Source: Tubulanus polymorphus
Taxonomy: Eukaryota > Animalia > Nemertea
Reading direction: 5' to 3'
Assembly (NCBI RefSeq): GCF_964204645.1
Contig: NC_134033.1
Coordinates: 1,942,131-2,006,130 of the forward strand
Length of the DNA: 64,000 bases
Position 1 is the first letter of the stretch; every line of letters begins with the position of its first letter. This document shows positions 51,974-62,240 of this stretch, piece after piece. The notes under the pieces are model-generated. The model made no database searches. It saw nothing but the letters and a program-made list of their open reading frames with translations, and was not told the DNA's origin. The position numbers and the translations under genes are program-made.

Positions 51974-52842
51974 GTAGTGATATGATTTATGGACACTTCT
52001 AGAAAATCTGGCTACCGCCATAAATCCCCCTATGACATCATCAAATTATCTACTAGTGAATGAAACTATAGACCTTCAAGAAAAATGACAGCCTTCATAA
52101 ATCACCTAATGACATCATCAAATTTGATTCAGCTCCATAAATCACCCTATGATCTCATCAACAAATTGCTCAACGATTAAATCGATATATCGCTAGGTGA
52201 ATTCTCTAGGAAAGATGGCCGCCTCCGAAAATCCCCCTATGACATCATCAAATTAGCACCGACGAAATCTGTTCTGTCATGAAGGAATTTTCGGAAAGTA
52301 AAGCTGAATACCAGACAGATGTAGAGGATTAATTCCGGTAAAATTCGGTTTTGATTTGAGAAGAGGATGAGAGGAAAACCTAGTTCGAGGAAAACCTATA
52401 TCGCAAAAAACCTTCTCCGCAGCTAAAGGGTTAAACAGGGTTTGTAGCAGTCGGACTGAAGCCAAAGTCAGCACTTATAATCATTATTTGAAAGTCTAAG
52501 GCCGGCACTTTTTTCCCTGAATGCAATGACAGTTTTCATAATAAATGAAATCAGAAATAAGAAAATATATCAGATTTCTTTCGCAAGTTTTGACTATGTT
52601 TAACAGGCAGGGTCGCTACAGATTGGCCACTCCCGGAGAAAATTTCGAATTTCGAGGAAATGTCTGCCTTTAAAAGCATTCCCTGATTAGAAGGAGTTTA
52701 TAAGGTATCAAGGAGTTGTATCGGACCCTGACTGGAAATTTTGAATAGATGACAATACGTCAAAAGAAATTTCCTGAGATTACATTGAGTCCAAAAAGAG
52801 CAGGCAATTACTTTCACCTAAAGTACTTTTCAGGGCATTCAG

Positions 52843-52950
52843 GACCCAGTTCCACAGTTGTGAGTTAGAGTTAACTCTGAGTTAAAGTTAGTTAATTTTC
52901 AATGTTTTAACCCAGGGTCAAATCTTAACTCAGAACTGTGGAACTGGACC
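52843..52950 (+). mobile_element. MITE B (108 bp), CAG TSD
   Basis: gacccagttccacagtt ... aactgtggaactggacc; CAG at 52840-52842 and 52951-52953. Confidence 0.75.
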
Positions 52951-53171
52951 CAGGATTTTACCAAAAGCCAGCACTAATCAGGACCTATCCAATATTTTTC
53001 CCGAAGGTCGGCACATTTCAGACGCACTTGTTACAAACCCTATCGAACGTGCTTCGTCTTACCTAGAATTACTCATCACAATCTAAAACGACGACATTCG
53101 AATTCGTGAAAGAATCGGAATTATTTTTTACTATCGACAAATTTTTCGACGATCGTGAAATGTGGACTTAC

Positions 53172-53231
53172 CGTCGCCATTGTCGTCGTCGTGTTCGGTA
53201 GGATACATTTCGCCAGCGCCGGGTCGACAGC
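53172..53231 (-). CDS. IQCJ: 60-nt in-frame exon (AVDPALAKCILPNTTTTMAT) of the IQCJ-SCHIP1-like gene
   Basis: ttttctctttatgtttacag|GCT ... ACG|gtaagt, phase 0-0, no stop. An internal ATG in ACAATGG context lies 9 nt before the donor. Confidence 0.75.
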
Positions 53232-53424
53232 CTGTAAACATAAAGAGAAAATCACGACTATCGCTCGAAGCTTCATTAGATTTTCATTTATTCATCGACA
53301 AGTTGAACTCTTTACTTTGCTTTATTGGTTTTGTTTGTCGGATTTTATCGGTTTATTGAGGAGTTTTCATAATCACGTGTTTGCACAGGTATCAATCTGC
53401 GGCCTATGGAACAAACCGAAACCC

Positions 53425-54188
53425 ACTTCACACATCAGCTTTTGAAAGTGTGCTGATAAAATTTCTAATGTCTGGTGTTTGTAGTTCATTTTCAATTCAA
53501 AATGTCTCGGATGAAGCACTGAACACATGTGAAGTGTGGACGATCAGTTTTTGAAAGTGTGCTGATAAAATGTCTAATGTCTGGTGTTTGTAGTTCATTT
53601 TCAATTGAAAATGTCTCAGGTGAAGTCCTGAACACATGTGAAGTGTGGAAGATCAGTTTTTGAAAGTGAGCTGATAAAATGTCTAATATCTGGTGTTTGT
53701 AGTTCATTTTCAATTAGAAATGTCTCAGGTGAAGCACTGAACACATGTGAAGTGTGGAAGATCAGTTTTTGAAAGTGAGCTGATAAAATGTCTAATGTCT
53801 GGTGTTTGTAGTTCTTTTTCAATTAAAAATGTCTCAGGTGAAGCACTGAACACATGTGAAGTGTGGACGAACAGTTTTTGAAAGTGCGCTGATAAAATGT
53901 CTAATGTCTGGTGTTTGTAGTTCATTTCCAACCAAAAATGTCTCAGGTGAAGCATTGAACACATGTGAAGTGTGGACGATCAGTTTAGAAAGTGTGCTGA
54001 TAAAATGTCTAATATCTGGTGTTTGTAGTTCATTTTCAATCAAAAATGTCTCAGGTGAAGCACTGAACACATGTGAAGTGTGGACGATCAGTTTAGAAAG
54101 TGTGCTGATAAAATGTCTAATATCTGGTGTTTGTAGTTCATTTTCAATTAGAAATGTCTCAGGTGAAGTTCTGAAGTGTGGACGATCG
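53425..54188. repeat. ~109-bp tandem repeat, ~7 copies
   Basis: Near-identical units (gaacacatgtgaagtgtggacgatcagtttttgaaagtgtgctgataaaatgtc...). Confidence 0.95.
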
Positions 54189-54235
54189 AAAATTGTAAGA
54201 ATGAAGATTAAGGTAGATACAGGGAAGTTCTTTAA

Positions 54236-54494
54236 CCCTCTCAGAGCCGACTAGTTAATACCTTTAAGCGCTGGAGCTAATTTCAAACTTTAAAAAAAAA
54301 ATATTCCACCCCAGTGTGGTGTATAACAGCAATAACATTGGTGCATCTACACCACCGTGCGGTGTATCGTTAGTTACTAATATTTCCCAATGTTTGACAA
54401 TGCCATCTTTCATTGGAGATAAAAACCAATAATATCAATACACTGCGGTGTACTATCAAAGTCCATCACTAATTGATACATCGCACTGAAAGGG
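54236..54494 (-). mobile_element. piggyBac-like MITE, reverse orientation
   Basis: ttaa|ccctctcagagc ... gcactgaaaggg; reverse complement of the 29563 family. Confidence 0.7.
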
Positions 54495-54630
54495 TAAAGG
54501 AATACAGTGTAAACTCACCTCTAACAGCGTACGATCGCGATCAACACGATCCAATCTCAATACACTGCGGTGCGATGTACTAGTTGAGTCCACCGCACTG
54601 AAAGGGTTAAGGAAAACAGTGTAAACTCAC

Positions 54631-54837
54631 CTCTAACAGCGTACGATTGCGATCGACGCGATCCAATCTCATTTTTTCCAAATTCGGTTCGTCGAGGTAA
54701 AAACTGCTCTCGTTGTTCGACGATGATTTATTGTAAAGCGATTCTAAACTGTTGTCGTTCATATTTCGATCGCGGCGGGTGATGATGTCATCGAACTGGC
54801 GTCGTTTGTCGAGATTCGCTGATAGACCGCTTATCAT
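54631..54837 (-). CDS. First coding exon of the IQCJ-SCHIP1-like gene (MISGLSANLDK...NRTLLE); exon spans 54908-54631
   Basis: Acceptor ttttttttag at 54910-54909, in-frame TAG upstream of the ATG, 69 codons, donor GAG|gtgagt in phase 0. Confidence 0.7.
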
Positions 54838-55197
54838 TCTCGATAATATTCGAATATTGTCGGTCGGCGAGTTTACCCCCGAAATCTGGTCAAAATCCTA
54901 AGTCGAGCCTAAAAAAAACAACAAAATTTAATGCATCAGATTTTAACAATATATAGGGGCCTAGGCCTGGTGGCGCTTTTATATCTTGCCTCACATCATT
55001 CAGATCTTGATTTCCCAAGACTTTAGTGGCAACTTTTATTATGACTATTCCCCGACAAATACGTTATTTTCCCTGACTTGATCTACTCAGAATCCAATCA
55101 ATTAACACAGTCAGTACGGAAAACATAGACAGAAACAGTTTGATTTTTGAGTTCAAGTTGATTTTATGTGTATCAAGCAATCTCAACAAATTTCCAT

Positions 55198-55324
55198 GGG
55201 CCAGTTGCTCACAGGTTGGTTTGAGTTAACCAGTGGTTAGTTGACATAGTGACAATTAAAAGTTCACTGTTACTATGGTATCTATCCACTGGTTATCTTC
55301 AACCAACTTTTGAGCAACTGACCC
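55198..55324. mobile_element. MITE (TIR GGGCCAGTTGCTCA); inverted relative at ~44891-45019
   Basis: TIRs visible; TSD imperfect. Confidence 0.6.
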
Positions 55325-55904
55325 CGTGACGTTTACCTTTTTTACAAAAAGGTTTCTAGATTCCTGGCATTTTGTCGGTGGCCACTAACTGCTACAAACA
55401 GCTCACTCAAAACATTAAATCTATTCAGTCTTAACGGATACCCTACTTCATCTTACCCTAATAGTAAACATTTCTAAGTATTGGCAAAATAGCGTAGACC
55501 AGATTAACATGGTAGACAAACTAAAAATAACCACTTCCAAATCAATAATAATATATGCGGTTTGCAAATATAATATCTCAGACTAATTCGATTTTGTGAA
55601 ACTATCAAAACCAATTATTCATGACAATCTCAACTAACAACAGCGTTGAACATCTAATGTCTCATTCCACGGCTAGCGCCAGTTCGTGCGAAACAGAAGT
55701 TGTCAATAGCGATTAATTACTATAAATCACCGGCATTTAAATTACCCGGGCGCGGCGCCGACGAGCTGTCAAAAATTAAAAAACTGCCACAAAAAAAACA
55801 GCCAATTAAAATATTGCCAGCGGGTTTAATCGAGTATAACATTCGCTACAATTCAGACGATTCGAAAAAATAGATCCGTCGGAATCGATTGCGGGTAGTC
55901 TTAC

Positions 55905-56100
55905 CTGTTAACGGCGTTCTAATCCTGAGATAGCAGCGCCGAAAATCTAGATAATAATCCCTCGTCTATCAGCTGTCAATTAGCGGCCATGACACATTAC
56001 GTCATTGAGTCGCGAGATGGCAGCACGTGCCGGTCCATGAAATTGTTCCGAATCACTTGCCAGAGACGACTTCGAGGCGATATCAGGTGGCAGCACCTGA
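55905..56100 (-). promoter_or_regulatory. Candidate non-coding first exon / promoter of the IQCJ-SCHIP1-like gene
   Basis: Strong donor CAG|gtaaga at 55905/55904, CRE-like ttacgtca at ~55997 and several AGRTGGCAGC motifs nearby. The 5' boundary is a guess. Confidence 0.4.
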
Positions 56101-57174
56101 TTGTTGACCTTGTTCCGTGCTCTTTAAAAATTAGATTAGAATTTGACTCGCTGAACAAAATGAAATAATCTTAACTCAAATTTGATTCTAACTCACAACT
56201 GCGAACTGGCGCGGCGCAGCGGATGATCATACTCACTTGCCAGATACACTTTCATACATTGACCAGATGGCAGGACGTATCAGTCATCCAACGCTTGCCA
56301 GAGACGATTTTTGGAGCCATGCGGCGTCTCGGCACCATTGCGATTGATCAGTTTTTTTTCTCGTAATAAAATCCGCAGAACACATGAATATTTGTTTCCT
56401 GGAGTTGAAACTCTTCCGCTATTCTCGGAGCTTCCCCTTTTCGAAAATCTATCTATATTCTACATAGAAAAATCTAAATTTTTTCCAATTCAATTTCCCT
56501 AGTGCATGAGTCGGCATTATTATGATAACTAGTTTTGACAGTATATCTACGATAGTAACTAGGTAATGCGAGATCATATTTGACGCGTCAAATACGATGT
56601 TTTGACGAGCATTTTATGTTGAGTTGACGAGAAAATTCGATGTTTAGTTTTGACGGGTAAAAAAATGAATGTTTGATGGGTAAAATATGAAAGTTTGACG
56701 GGTAAATTTGATGTTTAATTTTGACAGGATATCTATGCCATAGATTACTGCATCTTCCTGTCTACTCGCGAAATGAAGACAATATCAAAAACTTGGAGGA
56801 AATTACGAGAAAATATATTTCAACCATGATCCCTGGCCTGGGCAACCTCGTTTTTTATCATTTCCATCTAGTTTCTGTTCGTCTGCGACAACCATCGCCC
56901 AGACGGATGCCATTACTGCGCAGATCGGTAAAACATACTTAACAGGTTGATCTGAAAAAAAGAAATGAACAAATATTGTCCACATAGATATCTAGGATCC
57001 GTTCCTCAATGGGATCTGTTCGGTCCAAAATCTTCAGTTTGAATTCAGTCAATTTTTTAAACGCCATGTCCACCAATTACACTGAATGATTCAATTTGTT
57101 CATTATCAGGTTATTGGGTACAAAAATTCTCTCATATTAACCATATATCTGTAACTAAAATGGAATCCCCTACA

Positions 57175-57660
57175 CTTGCGACACCTGGTTGATTCTCACT
57201 TACCCTAGGAGTGGCATCTTCTATCGCCACAGTAGTTGATGTCCTACTGCTCACTAGCTACACCTAGTGAATCCTCACTTGCCATAAGCGGAATCCTCTA
57301 TTGCTGCAGTAGTTGATGTCCTACTGCACACTAGCGACACCTGGTGGATCCTCACTTGCCATAAGCGGAATCCTCTATTGCTACAGTAGTTGATGCCCTA
57401 CTGCACACTAGCGGCACCTAGTGGATCCTCACTTGTCATAAACGGAATCCTCTATTGCCGCAGTAGTTGATGTCCTACTGCACACTAGCGACACCTGGTG
57501 GATCCTCACTTGTGGAACCCCTATTGCCGCAGTAGTTGATGTCCTACTGCACATTAGCGACACCTGGTGGATCCTCACTTGCAACAGGTGGAATCCTTTA
57601 TTGCCGCAGTAGTTGATGTCCTACCGCTCACTACTGCAACTGGTGGATCCTCACTAACCA
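57175..57660. repeat. ~79-bp tandem repeat (~6 copies) with CTCF-like CCACCAGGTGTCGCTAG on the minus strand
   Basis: Direct tandem repeat; same family as the 9540 and 11875 arrays. Confidence 0.85.
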
Positions 57661-57839
57661 TATCTATAGTTAAAACAAGACGTGAATATGAGACCGCAGT
57701 GTAGAGCAAGTTGACGTATGATCCCATTAGCAATGAATCAAGAAAACAAAAATAAAAACACAAAATAATCTAATAAACTTGTATTTACGTGTAACAGAGG
57801 TCGTTACATTCACAGTCAAACTATATTTACAGAAGTTTG

Positions 57840-57845
57840 TTTATT
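57840..57845 (-). terminator. Candidate poly(A) signal AATAAA for the BTB-ZF gene
   Basis: About 380 nt after the stop codon, with a T/GT-rich tract further downstream on the minus strand. Confidence 0.4.
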
Positions 57846-58225
57846 TGTAAAAGCCTTCATTGATTTCTGGTAACACTTCAGATTTAACAGTATAAGTACT
57901 CTAATCATTGTTATATAGCAGTAAAATGTACATGCCACGTGGACAAGCTGCTTGCATACCGGTATAATAGGTTTACTGCAATCTGGCTTTTTCGAGTTCA
58001 GGCTTAAAATTCAAAGATATAACGAGTTATAAATTTAAATGACTCCAGAGATCAGACTCCGCAGTCAAACGCCTAACAAATGAACGTATTCTGACTCCAC
58101 GACTTGTGCAAAATTAGACAGATATGAACTAAGCTTTTCAACCGATTTGACTCCGGAGTCAAACGCTCTACAAAATGAACGATTCGACTAAAACTAACGC
58201 GAGGCGGTTATCGTCCAAGGTTTCT

Positions 58226-61200
58226 TCAAGGTTTCTTATTTTTCTGACAGCGTTCGAAGTGTTTGAACAGCGCCTCCTGTTTGTCGCACGTGTAAACGCA
58301 CAAATGACACGAATACTTCGAACGTTTCATGGGAGTTTTCGATTTATTCTTACTGTGACGACTTCGCTTTTTCATCGGCGACAACGTCGACGACAAGTCG
58401 ACAGTTGTCGTCGAAGCAGACGGCTCGGTCGACGAAGAAGTGAACGCAGACGGATTAGGTCGTTGCGTGTCGGCGACCGCGGCGGATCGATTTCGAGCAG
58501 ACGTATTTCGCGCAGACGGATTCGCAGCAGACGGATTCGGTACGTGTGTTCTAACGGGTATATACCTCAACACGTACTCCATACGTTTCTCATCCGCCTC
58601 CGCGGCCGCTTCGATCAACTTCTCTTCCTCCGCATTATGTTTGGCCAGATCGCCTGCAGCAGTCGCCACCGTCGCTGTCGGGATTTTAATCGTAAGCGTA
58701 CGCGGCTTTTTATTCGCCGATATTTTCGCCACTTTTGCCATCGGCTGCGGCGGCGGCGGCGGAGGTGTGGGCGTTTCCGTCATCGATCTAGTCGAATCCG
58801 CGCTTTCGTTCATGTCCTCCTTAACGTACCAAACTCGCTCCGTTCTCGCGCCCGGACCGACGACCACGCCCGGGTGGTCCGACACTTTCCAGTCCGATTC
58901 GGCGTGGTTATTCTTCATATGGCGCACGAGCGCCGACCCGCGCTCGGTCAAATACGGGCAGACGTCGCACTTGAAAATGCCGTGCACTTGCAAGTGCCGC
59001 AGATATGCGGGCTTCTCGTCGAAGTGCAACTTGCACATCTGACAGAAGAGTCGATCTGGTGATTGCGGGTGCTCTTTACGGCGGTGGGTTTTCATGTGGG
59101 CGTCGCGGTTCGTCGCGAACGCGCACTTATCGCACCGGATGACCTCGTCGCCGGTTGGCGTTCGATCGTGGCGTTTGAACCGGTGGAATTCGCGCTCGTA
59201 CGACGTTTCGAACGTTTTCGCGCAAACGTCGCACTCGAATTTCTTACGCGTTTTCGGTTGGCCGTCCGTGAACGTCAACGGCACGCCTCCGAAATCCTCT
59301 CGCTCGCGTCGCTGCGGCGTCAACCCGTCCACGCGCCAGACGGCCATTCCGCATTTGCGCGCGTGTTGCTCGGCCTTGACGACGTCGAACGTGCGGAAAT
59401 CGCCGGCGCATTCGCACGAGTAGTGCGACAAAAACGCAAAGATGCCGCCGGTTTCGAAACGATCGTGAAGCGTCAGCAGATGTTCGGCGTACTCCTCCAG
59501 ACGGATCATACGCACCGCGACCTTCGCGCTGCCGTCGCAAACGTCGCAGACGTACGCCTGCCCGGTCACGTGCAACATTCGCCAGTGGATCAACATCTTC
59601 GCGCGTTCGTCCGTCCGGAAATAACAATCCGGGCATTTGTAATTGAGATCGTCGCCACTAGGCGGCGCGGTTGCTTTCTTGACGCACTCGCTGCGGATCC
59701 CGTGGACGATCAGTTTCTGCTCGGTGGTGAACACCATCAAACAGTGGTTGCACTGTAAGTCCTTACCCTCGTGCGCCGAGCGGTGGTGTGCCCAGAGATC
59801 GGCGCACGACGCGAAGTAACGCCCGCACCAGTAACACGCGTTGATCGAGGCGGCGCCACCGCTGACCCGAGATCGGCTAGCGGCGATGTCCGAGTTCGAT
59901 CGAATGCAGCGATCGTCGTGGTTGACGAATTGTTCGCGGTCGTTTAACGCGAGATCGCACTGGCTGCATTTCAACTCGACGTTTCCGTGTTTCGACTTCA
60001 GGTGGAGCCACAGGTAATTCTTGTCGATGAACCCTTCCGAGCACAAAGCGCACTCGGGTTCAGATTTGGTTTTTGAGGTCGGGCCGGATAACAGACGTTC
60101 GGCCTCTTTAGTAATCCCTTTAGCCATTTCATCATGGATTGTTTCATTATCACCATCATCTTCGACATCCTCTTCTACGCTTGGAAAAGCGTCTACATTC
60201 TCTAGAACTTCTACATCCCTTACACGATCTACATCTTCAACATCTTCTGCATGATTTACATCCTGTGCAAGATCTGCATCTTTTCCAGGATCGACATCCT
60301 CCATCTCCGCACAATCTACATCTACATCGGCTGTTGAACGATCTACATTTTCTACATCGTTTACATCAGTCACGTCAGGAGCTTCTTCAAAAGGAGATTC
60401 TTTATCTACAGTCGACGAACTGTGACCTATTTCGATCCCAGCTTCTACAATTTCGACATCTTTTCCGCCTGATTTAGAATCTGCGCTTTTGAAAGGAACC
60501 AACTTTGTTTGCACTTGCGTTGGACTTCTTATCATAAGTACTCTGCTACTATTAGGAGCCGTACTTTTCGAAGTAAGTTCATCGTACAAGATCGGTGCAG
60601 CGCTTACCTTCTTGTCAGTACCGCCACCTGTAACAGGTGTTTTACGAACCTGCGATGCAATCTGAGTCGACCTACTCTTCTTCAAAACCGACATCAGTTG
60701 TTCGTAGGAAGTTATTCTCACTACGCGACGTGGCGAGACAGAAGTAGGAGCTAGTGAGGAGCCATGTGAGGAGCCATGTGAGGAGCAATGTTGTACTGGA
60801 TCAGTTCGAGATGCAGGAGCTGGTGAGGAACCATGTGAGGAGCCATGTTGTACTGAATCAGTTCGAGATGCAGGAGCTGGTGAGGAGCCATGTGAGGAGC
60901 CATGTTGTACTGAATCAGTTCGAGATGCAGCAGCTGGTGAGGAACCATGTGAGGAGCCATGTTGTACTGAATCAGTTCGAGATGCAGGAACTAGTGAGGA
61001 GCCATGTGAGGAGCCATGTTGTACTGAATCAGTTCGAGATGCAGGAATTAGTGAGGAGCCATGTGAGGAGCCATGTTGTACTGAATCAGTTCGAGATGCA
61101 GCAGCTGGTGAGGAACCATGTGAGGAGCCATGTTGTACTGAATCAGTTCGAGATGCTGAAGCTAGTGCAGAGCCATGTTGTACAAAACTGGTTTGTGGGT

Positions 61201-61789
61201 CAGTTGGAGACATTGCGGAAGGTGAATCACGAGGCACTGAGACAGTTCGAGACACAGGAGCTGATGAAGGAACCGAGTTGGGTTGTGATGCAGGAGTTAG
61301 TGAGCCTTTACGCGGATGCTGTCGGTCAGTTTGTGACACCGAAGCAGACGAGTCATGACACAGCGAGTCGGATTGGGACTCGGCCTCGGGCGAAATGGAT
61401 CGGAACTCGGCCCCGGACGGGACGGCCCGACACGCTCGAGCCAGCGAATCGCTTTCTAGTACGACGGCGAGCCGCGCGAATACTCGACACGTCGACGGAT
61501 CCCAGCCGTCGGTCGAACCGGTGTAGAAAAACTCCAACAACGAATCGAACATAGATTCCGTAATATCCGATTCCTCGTCGTCGATGGCGAATCGCGTCAC
61601 CGATTCGGTGCCAGCTTCGGCGGCCATTTTGTAAAACGCGTTTGAATGAGCGGCGAAGACGGCCGCGTGCACGCGACGACTCGATCCGGGCGTGTAAAGT
61701 TCAAGGTCACAGAACGCGTTCAACGAACGGAACGTGAGCAGACGATGGCATAGATCGACTACGACTCCCTCTTTTGAGTGGTTCGGCAT
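58226..61789 (-). CDS. BTB/POZ-domain multi-zinc-finger protein (1187 aa), single coding exon
   Basis: N-terminal FCDLEL..VHAAVFAAHSNAF..LLEFFYTG BTB pattern and ~12 CxxC..H..H/C fingers. Splice acceptor ttctcatttcag at 61802-61801, followed by an in-frame TAA before the ATG. Confidence 0.92.
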   Translation of the reverse strand: MPNHSKEGVVVDLCHRLLTFRSLNAFCDLELYTPGSSRRVHAAVFAAHSNAFYKMAAEAGTESVTRFAIDDEESDITESMFDSLLEFFYTGSTDGWDPSTCRVFARLAVVLESDSLARACRAVPSGAEFRSISPEAESQSDSLCHDSSASVSQTDRQHPRKGSLTPASQPNSVPSSAPVSRTVSVPRDSPSAMSPTDPQTSFVQHGSALASASRTDSVQHGSSHGSSPAAASRTDSVQHGSSHGSSLIPASRTDSVQHGSSHGSSLVPASRTDSVQHGSSHGSSPAAASRTDSVQHGSSHGSSPAPASRTDSVQHGSSHGSSPAPASRTDPVQHCSSHGSSHGSSLAPTSVSPRRVVRITSYEQLMSVLKKSRSTQIASQVRKTPVTGGGTDKKVSAAPILYDELTSKSTAPNSSRVLMIRSPTQVQTKLVPFKSADSKSGGKDVEIVEAGIEIGHSSSTVDKESPFEEAPDVTDVNDVENVDRSTADVDVDCAEMEDVDPGKDADLAQDVNHAEDVEDVDRVRDVEVLENVDAFPSVEEDVEDDGDNETIHDEMAKGITKEAERLLSGPTSKTKSEPECALCSEGFIDKNYLWLHLKSKHGNVELKCSQCDLALNDREQFVNHDDRCIRSNSDIAASRSRVSGGAASINACYWCGRYFASCADLWAHHRSAHEGKDLQCNHCLMVFTTEQKLIVHGIRSECVKKATAPPSGDDLNYKCPDCYFRTDERAKMLIHWRMLHVTGQAYVCDVCDGSAKVAVRMIRLEEYAEHLLTLHDRFETGGIFAFLSHYSCECAGDFRTFDVVKAEQHARKCGMAVWRVDGLTPQRREREDFGGVPLTFTDGQPKTRKKFECDVCAKTFETSYEREFHRFKRHDRTPTGDEVIRCDKCAFATNRDAHMKTHRRKEHPQSPDRLFCQMCKLHFDEKPAYLRHLQVHGIFKCDVCPYLTERGSALVRHMKNNHAESDWKVSDHPGVVVGPGARTERVWYVKEDMNESADSTRSMTETPTPPPPPPQPMAKVAKISANKKPRTLTIKIPTATVATAAGDLAKHNAEEEKLIEAAAEADEKRMEYVLRYIPVRTHVPNPSAANPSARNTSARNRSAAVADTQRPNPSAFTSSSTEPSASTTTVDLSSTLSPMKKRSRHSKNKSKTPMKRSKYSCHLCVYTCDKQEALFKHFERCQKNKKP
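60755..61160 (-). repeat. 57-bp coding minisatellite (ASRTDSVQHGSSHGSSPAP) x7
   Basis: Direct in-frame tandem repeat. Confidence 0.95.
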
Positions 61790-62084
61790 CGTTCTTTACG
61801 CTGAAATGAGAAATACGCGAGAAATAGAAATTTGTAATAAAAAAATTTGGTCAATTTTTTGGTGACCGGGTGGCCACTTTCCGCCTATTACAAATCCCTG
61901 ATTTCCCCATGTTATTACACAAAATTCCATGAGAGTGAATCAGAGAAAGTTGCCAGGTTTGAGGCTGCCGAAATTCCCTTTCCTCAATGATATACCCTTA
62001 AAGTGGTTGGTAAAACCCTGACAGGAGGAACCACCCCTAACGGAGAGGTGAAACATTTTTTGAACATTTTTTAGCATGAATTCA

Positions 62085-62240
62085 GAATGAACCCAGGAAC
62101 TGTAAGCCATGATAACCCAAAACAGTAAGCCCTGATAATGAACCCAGGAACTGTGAGCCCTGAGAATGAACCCAGGAACTGTAAGCCCTGATAATGAACC
62201 CAGGAACTGTGAGCCCTGAGAATGAACCCAGGAACTGTTT
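62085..62240. repeat. ~27-bp minisatellite (aatgaacccaggaactgtragccctga)
   Basis: Direct tandem repeat. Confidence 0.85.

Noticed and set aside
58175-61554. Plus-strand ORFs of 200-295 aa overlapping the BTB-ZF gene
   Set aside because: Antisense shadows of GC-rich coding sequence with no recognisable domains. The same applies to plus-strand ORFs over the GPCRs and the IQ exon.
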